This document shows, piece after piece, positions 25,451-32,000 of a stretch of 32,000 bases of DNA. The notes under the pieces are model-generated. The model did no database searches, was not told the origin of the DNA, and worked only from the letters and a program-made list of their open reading frames with translations. Origin of the DNA: Acaryochloris thomasi RCC1774 (GTDB lineage Bacteria > Cyanobacteriota > Cyanobacteriia > Thermosynechococcales > Thermosynechococcaceae); contig NZ_PQWO01000031.1 in assembly GCF_003231495.1 (NCBI RefSeq), positions 1-32,000 of the forward strand, given 5' to 3'. Both the position numbers and the translations under genes were made by a program. The first letter of the stretch is position 1. Every line of letters begins with the position of its first letter.

Positions 25451-25477
25451 AGTTGGTAGTTGTACAAACTACCAACT
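25451..25477. promoter_or_regulatory. Perfect 11-bp-arm palindrome immediately upstream of the recombinase gene (operator or recombination core site candidate)
   Basis: AGTTGGTAGTT-GTACA-AACTACCAACT ends 13 bp before the recombinase ATG and sits directly upstream of its AGGTGAG SD. Confidence 0.45.
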
Positions 25478-25490
25478 CTTAGGTGAGATC

Positions 25491-26204
25491 ATGAAACCGA
25501 ATGATACTGGGCATCGGAGAGATCGGCAGGGACAGGCGACGGCCTTCAAAACCCCTGAACCCGTTCTGTTCTTGATCGATATGATTGAGGGTGACCAGAA
25601 TCAGTTGATGGCCCACTTTGCCTACTATGGCTGTGCTCGGATAAATGCGGTGACGTGGCTGCAGGCGGAAGATGTTCAGGGGGATATCATTCGCTTTCGC
25701 AAGGAGCACAGTAAGACAGCTGCTTATCACACGCTGAAGATGGCGGCGAGTTTGAAGCAGGTGTTGGAAGCCTATGATTTGCCGGAAAGGGGGTATCTGT
25801 TTCCGGCTAGAAGGGGAAATCGACCGAAGAAGCATTTCCGTCAGCGGTGGGTGGAGGGACAACGAGTCTCTGAGGTGAGCGGGAAGCGGGTTTGTCCAGT
25901 TAGGAGTACTCAAGGGTTTGATAAGGCTTTAGGAGTGGCTGTGAGACGTATATTAACGGCAGAGGACTCTGGGATTGATGAGGCGATCTCAAGGGTGCCT
26001 GAGGTGGCGAGGGTGGGCAGGCAAGCTTTCTTTGGGGTCAGCTCTCATTCGTTTAGGCGATCTATGCTGCAATTCTTATTTTATACAAAGGGGTGGGAAG
26101 CGCCTAAATGCATGGCAATCTCAGGGCACAAGAGTTTGGATGCTTTCTATCGGTATATTGCTTACGAAACCCAGGCGGCTCAGAGTGAATATGCTTTGAT
26201 CTGA
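25491..26204 (+). CDS. Short tyrosine recombinase / site-specific integrase (mostly catalytic domain)
   Basis: 237 aa from the ATG at 25491 (SD AGGTGAG). Catalytic residues fit: R in YYGCARINAV, HSFRRS (HxxR), SGHKS and YRYI (the nucleophile Tyr). The longer 25362 start in the ORF track lacks an RBS and runs through the palindrome. Confidence 0.75.
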   Translation: MKPNDTGHRRDRQGQATAFKTPEPVLFLIDMIEGDQNQLMAHFAYYGCARINAVTWLQAEDVQGDIIRFRKEHSKTAAYHTLKMAASLKQVLEAYDLPERGYLFPARRGNRPKKHFRQRWVEGQRVSEVSGKRVCPVRSTQGFDKALGVAVRRILTAEDSGIDEAISRVPEVARVGRQAFFGVSSHSFRRSMLQFLFYTKGWEAPKCMAISGHKSLDAFYRYIAYETQAAQSEYALI

Positions 26205-26386
26205 TTTGCTGAAATGCAAGGCTGGATTGAGGAGATCGCGGAGATGGATGAGTGCTCAGTTTAGTAATATTTAAGGTTGCAATTTCATATGCTTTGGCAA
26301 AATAATGAAATATTTTTCTGACATTCATTCAAAGTGTTACTTTAGTTCGTAATAAGCCTCTAATCTTTGATTATCCATATACAACA

Positions 26387-27004
26387 ATGCCTACAACAAT
26401 AGCAATTGTGAGCCGCAAAGGTGGAGTAGGCAAAAGCACACTCTGCTCCAATCTGGCAGTTGCTGCCCGTACATCCACAATTATTGACTGCGACGATCAA
26501 GCATCACTCGCGGACTGGGGAGATCGTCGCACAAGCAAGAATCCATCAGTCATTTCTGTTCCCGCAAAAAGAGCTACGGCTACTCTCAAAAAAATTAATA
26601 CCCGCTGGAATTTCATCGATACACCAGGGACACTAGACGCTAATGTGATTGAAGTTATGCAAGCGTCAGATTTTGTCTTAGTTGTGCTGCGATATGGACA
26701 ATTTGAGCTTGATTCCATTTCCACTACACTCTCTGCAGTCAAGTTAATTAACCGCCCTGCAGCAATTGCTTTGAACCTATTGCACCCCAATACGAACGCT
26801 AAAGCCCTGATAGAGAGTATTGAGGAAGCTCAATTGGGCTTTCCTATCTGCCCCGTGGCTATCTGCAACCGAGCTAACTTCCAAGCTGCTGCAATCGAAG
26901 GGCTAGGGGTGACTGAAGAATCAAAGGACACAGCCGCCGCTCAAGAAGTATCTGGCCTCTGGTCCTGGATGAAAAAGGAGATAAAGAATGCCTCGTCGAG
27001 CTGA
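26387..27004 (+). CDS. parA: Small ParA-family partition ATPase
   Basis: 205 aa. The deviant Walker A is SRKGGVGKST. It overlaps the downstream ParB-like gene by 17 bp. Confidence 0.8.
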   Translation: MPTTIAIVSRKGGVGKSTLCSNLAVAARTSTIIDCDDQASLADWGDRRTSKNPSVISVPAKRATATLKKINTRWNFIDTPGTLDANVIEVMQASDFVLVVLRYGQFELDSISTTLSAVKLINRPAAIALNLLHPNTNAKALIESIEEAQLGFPICPVAICNRANFQAAAIEGLGVTEESKDTAAAQEVSGLWSWMKKEIKNASSS

Positions 27005-27758
27005 TCTAAGTAAAGCCAAAACTAGGTCTTCAGATCCCGCAGTAGCTAAATCAATCCTTGAACAACAGACTCAAGACAACATATATATTCCATTGAACAA
27101 AATTGCCTCTAGACCCACTGGTGACACTAGAGGCCTAAATGATGGACATATATCAGAATTAGTAAATAGCATTTCAGTCATTGGCCTGATCACCCCATTA
27201 ACCATTGACAAGAAGCATCAATTATTAGCAGGTGCTCATCGGAAGGCAGCCTTACATAAGCTTTCCCAGAATAGTCCAAAAAGATACCACGAACTCTTCC
27301 CCGAGGGAGTCCCAGTCCGCATCATGGACATTGATTCTGACATTGACACTGTCAACGCGCTTCAGATAGAAGTAGAAGAAAACACTCAACGAAGAAACTA
27401 TACAGCATCTGAGATCAAAGACGCAGCTCGCAAGCTTGAAGAAGCTGGCTATGAGAAACTTCGCGGACGTCCTGCCCAAGGCCAAAAATCTCTTAATAGA
27501 GAGCTAATGTCTGTATTTCGACTAAGCAGAAGGCGTATCACAGATATTCTTAATGAAGAGAAAGAAGAAAAGATAAGTGCGCAGGGGTGCGCACTTATCA
27601 ATGAACTGAGAAACTACCTCAAAAAAACAGAGAAGATCTATGAGAGTATCGATCCTGAGGCTTCAAGCAAAGAGATTCAACGAGTGGAGAAAGACTTAGG
27701 AAAGCTTGTAATCAGCTTGAAGAAAGCTATAAAAAGTGAAGAGAATAGAACAGACTAA
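26988..27758 (+). CDS. ParB/Srx N-terminal-domain protein (partition or nuclease-like)
   Basis: 256 aa. The ParB N-domain pattern is LVNSISVIGLITPLTIDKKHQLLAGAHRKAA. It has a Lys/Glu-rich C-terminus and is coupled to parA. Confidence 0.65.
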   Translation: MPRRADLSKAKTRSSDPAVAKSILEQQTQDNIYIPLNKIASRPTGDTRGLNDGHISELVNSISVIGLITPLTIDKKHQLLAGAHRKAALHKLSQNSPKRYHELFPEGVPVRIMDIDSDIDTVNALQIEVEENTQRRNYTASEIKDAARKLEEAGYEKLRGRPAQGQKSLNRELMSVFRLSRRRITDILNEEKEEKISAQGCALINELRNYLKKTEKIYESIDPEASSKEIQRVEKDLGKLVISLKKAIKSEENRTD

Positions 27759-27819
27759 GCAAAGCATTTTGGATGCCAGTTATCAATGACTAGGCCAGCA
27801 CTGCAGATATCAAAATCTT

Positions 27820-28140
27820 TTACTCTTCCTTTCCCAAATAAACAGAGCGATGCTTTCTACCATCCCAATAGCGCAGATAGCGATAGGGTCCACAACCCCT
27901 GATATATTTCAGCTCGATGTAACCCTGCTGATTAAGGGGCCTTCCATACTCATCTCGCTCAGCTCCATTTGTATCACTGCTATCTGAATCCCGTTCTCTA
28001 AGTACAATCTCAAGCCCAGAGATTAAAGATCGCAAATCAGCATCAGAGAGCTTAGAAGCATCTTTAAGCAACTGCTGAATATTCGCCGTTTTCTTTGGAG
28101 ACTTCCGAGTCATTGTATTAGGGTACAATTTAACTTCCAT
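27820..28140 (-). CDS. Hypothetical small protein
   Basis: 106 aa, or about 97 aa from MTRKSPKK. The C-terminal motif is GYIELKYIRGCGPYRYLRYWDGRKHRSVYLGK. It is divergent from the PD-(D/E)XK gene. Confidence 0.5.
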   Translation of the reverse strand: MEVKLYPNTMTRKSPKKTANIQQLLKDASKLSDADLRSLISGLEIVLRERDSDSSDTNGAERDEYGRPLNQQGYIELKYIRGCGPYRYLRYWDGRKHRSVYLGKEE

Positions 28141-28220
28141 ATTTGTACCCTAACTTTCTGCATTCCTGCCCTTGAAGGTAAACAACGCGAGATAATACGA
28201 GTACCTTCTCTTTAAAGCCT

Positions 28221-29009
28221 ATGGCTTACCCCATCTCAGCAACTCGACTGAAGCTATACAAGAGTTGCCCCCAGTCCTACTACTTCCGCTATGAGCGGGG
28301 ACTAAAGGAACAGTCAGCCTTTGGCTCTCCTGCACTGGGCAAAGCTGTCCATGCAGCTCTCAAAGATGTCTACGAGCAATGGAACTATGCCTATCCCATT
28401 CCCAATCTCGAATGGTTCTCTCAGTGCTGGCAATCGCACACTGTTGACTTAAAAGCGAATCAAGTAGACGACGGTTGGCGGATGCTGCAGAAGTACTACG
28501 AAAGGTATGTTGAACCCTTACCCATGTTGAGAAAGCCATTAGGGGTAGAGAAGTCTATTAAGGGTTCTTTCCGAGTCGGTTACTACGAGTTTGTCATTAG
28601 GGGCCAATACGATCGTCTGGATTATGTCGAAGATGGCTTAGAGCTGATTGATTATAAGACCACAAAATTGGTTAGCCCACCGGATGCTGTGGATATCCAA
28701 TTGGGTCTCTACGATTTACTTCTCAAACAAACCTATCAGCAGGCTCTCCACAAGCTCAGTCTCATCTACCTACGGACGGGTGAGAAAGTCACCTATGAAG
28801 TTACTCCAGAGCATCGGAAGGAATCAAAGCGTTTAATCGAAAAGCTGGCGGTTAGCCTACAAAAAGAGGATGAATGGCGACCGAAGAAAGGAGAGCAGTG
28901 CGCTCGCTGTAGCTACGCCCGGTATTGCTCTGAAATGGAGGAGGTACCTGAACCACTACCAGTGACAGCCAGAAAACCTAAAGAGATGCAGCTGCTGCTG
29001 CCGTTTTGA
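28221..29009 (+). CDS. Cas4-like / RecB-family PD-(D/E)XK nuclease with a four-Cys (Fe-S type) signature
   Basis: 262 aa. The N-terminus is KLYKSCPQSYYFRY. The nuclease core is YDRLDYVEDGLELIDYKT (D...DxK). The C-terminal cluster is CARCSYARYC. Confidence 0.7.
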   Translation: MAYPISATRLKLYKSCPQSYYFRYERGLKEQSAFGSPALGKAVHAALKDVYEQWNYAYPIPNLEWFSQCWQSHTVDLKANQVDDGWRMLQKYYERYVEPLPMLRKPLGVEKSIKGSFRVGYYEFVIRGQYDRLDYVEDGLELIDYKTTKLVSPPDAVDIQLGLYDLLLKQTYQQALHKLSLIYLRTGEKVTYEVTPEHRKESKRLIEKLAVSLQKEDEWRPKKGEQCARCSYARYCSEMEEVPEPLPVTARKPKEMQLLLPF

Positions 29010-29053
29010 GAAGAAGGGATGAATATCTTGATTCGTACTTTTACACAAATAAC

Positions 29054-29086
29054 TACCCCGGCTTTCTTGTATTGAAAGCCGGGGTA
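29054..29086. terminator. Bidirectional hairpin between convergent genes
   Basis: A perfect 13-bp stem: TACCCCGGCTTTC (29054-29066) pairs with GAAAGCCGGGGTA (29074-29086), with a 7-nt loop. It lies between the stops at 29009 (+) and 29121 (-). The flanking U-tracts are weak. Confidence 0.55.
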
Positions 29087-29120
29087 ATTCTGAACAACTA
29101 GCAATGAACTAACTGGATGT

Positions 29121-29963
29121 CTAGCTTTTTCGCCAGATTGCGGCGTATCTAGCTTGGCCATTGACCTCATAGCCACTCACATGAGTCAGCCGATATCCTT
29201 GGGAAGTCAATTGATTAAAGGTCTGCTGATACTGAGCTGAACTAAGGCCATGACGAGCTTGCCAAGGAGATGAGCCTCCTTTGACCCACAGTGCGGCATA
29301 TTTGGCTATGCCGTTGACCTCATAGCCACTGACAGTACTTAGCCGATAACCCTGAGAGACAAGGCTGTCGAATTTAGCCTGATACTGAGAGGAAGTCATT
29401 CCATGATGAGCTTTCCATTGAGCATTGCCACCCTTGCGCCAGATTGCGGCAAATCGGGCTTTGCCGGCCACGTTGTAAGCACTGACGTGGGTGAGGCGAT
29501 ATCCCTTGCCCACTAGGACATCAAACGTTTGTTGGTATTGGGAGGCGCTCATTCCGTGACGAGCTTGCCAAGGTGTTGTACCTCTACGTTTTTGCCACAG
29601 GGCCGCATAGAGTGCTTGGCCGTTGGATTCATACCCACTGACGTCAACGAGCTGATAGCCTTGGCCCACATATTGATCAAACTTCTGTTGGTATTGGGCC
29701 GAGGTCATCCCGTGCCGTGCAACCCAGGGGACTGAACGACCTTGGGACCAGATGGCTGCATATTTTGGTTTGCCATTGATGCTGTATCCGCTGACATCTG
29801 ATAAGCGATAGCCTTGGCTGACATACTGGTCGAACCGTTGTTGATATTGGGCTGAGGTCATTCCGTGACGGGCGGCCCAGGTCGCGGCTAACGCGGGACC
29901 ACACATCAAGGCGATAGCAGTCGTGGCCAGAAGTGGCTTAACTAATATTGATAGTTTTTTCAT
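29121..29963 (-). CDS. Secreted protein made of five tandem ~50-aa repeats (possibly the 'bacterial tandem repeat domain 1' type)
   Basis: Start taken at MKKLSILVKPLLATTAIALMCGPALA (signal peptide). It is followed by 5 units of W.ARHGM[TS]..QYQQ.FD.....GYRL..VSGY..NG...YAA[IL]W. Confidence 0.75.
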   Translation of the reverse strand: MKKLSILVKPLLATTAIALMCGPALAATWAARHGMTSAQYQQRFDQYVSQGYRLSDVSGYSINGKPKYAAIWSQGRSVPWVARHGMTSAQYQQKFDQYVGQGYQLVDVSGYESNGQALYAALWQKRRGTTPWQARHGMSASQYQQTFDVLVGKGYRLTHVSAYNVAGKARFAAIWRKGGNAQWKAHHGMTSSQYQAKFDSLVSQGYRLSTVSGYEVNGIAKYAALWVKGGSSPWQARHGLSSAQYQQTFNQLTSQGYRLTHVSGYEVNGQARYAAIWRKS

Positions 29964-30196
29964 GATGTTATTTCTCATAAATATGTTGTTTGAAGATCTA
30001 CAACTCAAACAACGCCCCTTTCTTTACACTCACTAAGTTAAGTGAATGGCTTGGTGCGCCTGATGATGTGGGTCACGTCTGGCATTGATAGTCATCACTT
30101 CGGTTTAATTTGGAGGAATATATATCAACCCAATACATTTGATGAAATAATCAAATCCATTGAATGCTGCTTCAGGTTATGGCAAAGCTAAAAGTC

Positions 30197-32000
30197 ATGA
30201 AACTCCTGATTGTTGAGTCCCCCGGCAAAATCAAGAAGCTCAAAGGCATCCTTGGCAGTGACTGGATAGTGAAGGCCAGCGTGGGTCACATCCGTGAACT
30301 GGCAAACGATGGTCAAGACTCCCTTGGCTTTGAGCTTGGACTTCATCAAATTGACTGTCGCTATATTCCCCGCAGCCCTCAAGCAAAACAGACGATCTCT
30401 GACCTACGAGCTGCGACCAAAAAAGCCAAGCAAGTCTTCCTCGCCACTGACCCCGACCGCGAAGGGGAAACAATCGCTTGGCATCTCCAAGATGCATTGC
30501 ACCTCAAAAAGGCTCAACGCGTTGTCTATACCGAGATCACAGATCGGGCTGTCAAAGCGGCAGTTTCTAATCCCAGACCGCTCAATCAAGCTCTTGTCGA
30601 TGCGGGCCGATGTCGGGACTGTCTGGATAAATTAGTCGGCTATCGTGGCTCACCCCTGGTATGGCGCTTGAACAATGGCGCAAAAAGTGTGGGCCGGGTC
30701 CAATCTGCCACCCTTCATCTGATCTGCCAGCGAGAGAGAGAAATCCAGGCTTTTACACCGCTGGATTACTGGTCTGTTTTTGTTGACTATCAGGAAGGCT
30801 TTCGAGCTTTTTATCACGGATCTAGTTCACCCTCAGATCAGGCACTATCGAGTATTGATGATGCGGGTGCCTCAGTCGTCACTCCAGAATCAACCAGAGT
30901 TTTGAGTGAAGCTGAGGCAGAACGCATTGTAGATATTGCTCAGGAAGAGAGTCACACCATTGAACAAGTAGAGGGAAAGCTCAGCCCCAAGCAACCCCCA
31001 GCTCCGTTTATTACCTCTAGCCTGCAGCAGGCGGCAGGGTCACGTCAGAAACTCAGCCCAGAGCGGACGATGGAGGTGGCTCAAAAGCTCTATGAGAAGG
31101 GTCTGATAACTTACATGCGGACGGATTCAGTGCAGCTCAGTTCTGAATTTTGCCAAGCGGCCCGCAGTTGGTTGCAGGCGAATGACTCGGAGAATGTCCC
31201 GCAGAAGGTGGCAAAGCAACGGAGTAAGAAGGGTGCTCAAGAGGCCCATGAAGCGATTCGACCGACTGACCTAACCAAAAGTTCTGCGGGCCTAAAGCAA
31301 GAGCTGCCTGAAGATGAATTCAAGCTGTACGTTCTCATTTGGATGCGGGCGATCTCGTCGCAATGTAAACCGGCTCAGATTCGGAAAACGAAGGTCTTGA
31401 TCCGGTCCGGTCTAATCCAATGGCAAGCCAAAGGGCAGGTGGTGGAGTTCAAGGGCTACAGCAAGTATTGGCAAGACATCAGTGCCGACAAGCAACTCCC
31501 TGTTCTCCAGGATGGTCAGCAGCTTCAGATTCAGCAGGTGGGTCATGAGCAAAAGCAAACGCAGCCACCGTCCCGCTTTACGGAACCGAAGCTGGTACAG
31601 ATCATGGAGAAGAAGGGGATTGGTCGTCCTTCTACCTATGCACCCACAATTAAGACCCTGAAACTGCGTCAGTATGTGGAGGTGCTGAAGAAGCAGCTGC
31701 AGCCGACGACAATGGGGCTAGAGGTAGATGAGTTTATGGGCAAGGCGCTCCCAGAATTGCTCGAAGCCAAGTTCACGGCTCAGATGGAAGGGCAGCTTGA
31801 TCTAATCTCGGAGGGGAAGCAAGACTGGCAGCAGTATCTGATCGGTTGGAATCAGAACTATCTTGAACCAGCTTTGGGTAAGGCGGTGAGTACTCTACCT
31901 GCACCAAAGCCAGGGCAATACCCGGAAAGGAAACTGCATAAGTCGCGGACAAAGTGCCCGCTTTGTAATCAGGCATTGTCAAAGGTGCCGACCAAGAACA
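30197..32000 (+). CDS. topA: Type IA DNA topoisomerase, 3'-partial (runs off the window)
   Basis: My own translation is open from the ATG at 30197 to the window end. The Toprim motif is MKLLIVESPGKIKKL, with DPDREGE. The active-site region is LITYMRTDS, followed by EAHEAIRPTD. A Zn-finger begins at KCPLCNQ. It is not in the ORF track because there is no stop in the window. Confidence 0.9.
   Translation, partial: MKLLIVESPGKIKKLKGILGSDWIVKASVGHIRELANDGQDSLGFELGLHQIDCRYIPRSPQAKQTISDLRAATKKAKQVFLATDPDREGETIAWHLQDALHLKKAQRVVYTEITDRAVKAAVSNPRPLNQALVDAGRCRDCLDKLVGYRGSPLVWRLNNGAKSVGRVQSATLHLICQREREIQAFTPLDYWSVFVDYQEGFRAFYHGSSSPSDQALSSIDDAGASVVTPESTRVLSEAEAERIVDIAQEESHTIEQVEGKLSPKQPPAPFITSSLQQAAGSRQKLSPERTMEVAQKLYEKGLITYMRTDSVQLSSEFCQAARSWLQANDSENVPQKVAKQRSKKGAQEAHEAIRPTDLTKSSAGLKQELPEDEFKLYVLIWMRAISSQCKPAQIRKTKVLIRSGLIQWQAKGQVVEFKGYSKYWQDISADKQLPVLQDGQQLQIQQVGHEQKQTQPPSRFTEPKLVQIMEKKGIGRPSTYAPTIKTLKLRQYVEVLKKQLQPTTMGLEVDEFMGKALPELLEAKFTAQMEGQLDLISEGKQDWQQYLIGWNQNYLEPALGKAVSTLPAPKPGQYPERKLHKSRTKCPLCNQALSKVPTKN

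Noticed and set aside
25362-25490. Longer 280-aa version of the recombinase ORF
   Set aside because: The upstream extension uses a non-canonical start, has no RBS and reads through the 27-bp palindrome. The ATG at 25491 has an AGGTGAG SD, and the recombinase fold begins after it.
26372-26380. DnaA-box-like TTATCCATA just upstream of parA
   Set aside because: It is a single copy with one mismatch to TTATCCACA in an AT-rich region. That is expected by chance. No cluster of boxes is present.

Overview
The window looks cyanobacterial. By eye I find 12 copies of the HIP1 palindrome GCGATCGC, plus DUF2949-, GUN4- and Rpn/DUF4351-type genes. It is a mosaic accessory region and could be a large plasmid or chromid rather than core chromosome.

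Gene content from left to right:
- An apparently intact IS21-family element (istA/istB, about 21-2546).
- A plasmid-like remnant: a Rep-like wHTH gene, an unknown ORF and a 57-aa ParA N-terminal fragment.
- A divergent Nfu_N/HEAT gene and Rieske gene pair.
- An Rpn-family nuclease and a full-length recA.
- Two small ORFs and an unusual RNB exoribonuclease with dsRBD-like C-terminal modules.
- A decayed higA antitoxin remnant.
- A three-gene minus-strand operon: TpsA filamentous-hemagglutinin-like exoprotein, then ShlB/FhaC-type TpsB, then an exported TPR-CHAT protease.
- A nested IS: an ISAs1-family element with 18-bp inverted repeats and a 10-bp target duplication, inserted into the transposase gene of another IS.
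- A tightly packed four-gene operon of unknown function: Zn-ribbon/Arg-rich protein, acidic protein, GUN4-like lipoprotein, small paralog.
- An AT-richer, HIP1-free plasmid/ICE-like module: a short tyrosine recombinase, ParA, a ParB-like protein, a small ORF, a Cas4-like PD-(D/E)XK nuclease, a secreted 5x tandem-repeat protein and a partial type IA topoisomerase.

The best candidates for an undescribed system are the TpsA-TpsB-CHAT operon (13058-20435) and the four-gene operon next to the recombinase (23313-25275).

All family calls come from motif recognition by eye. No database search was possible.
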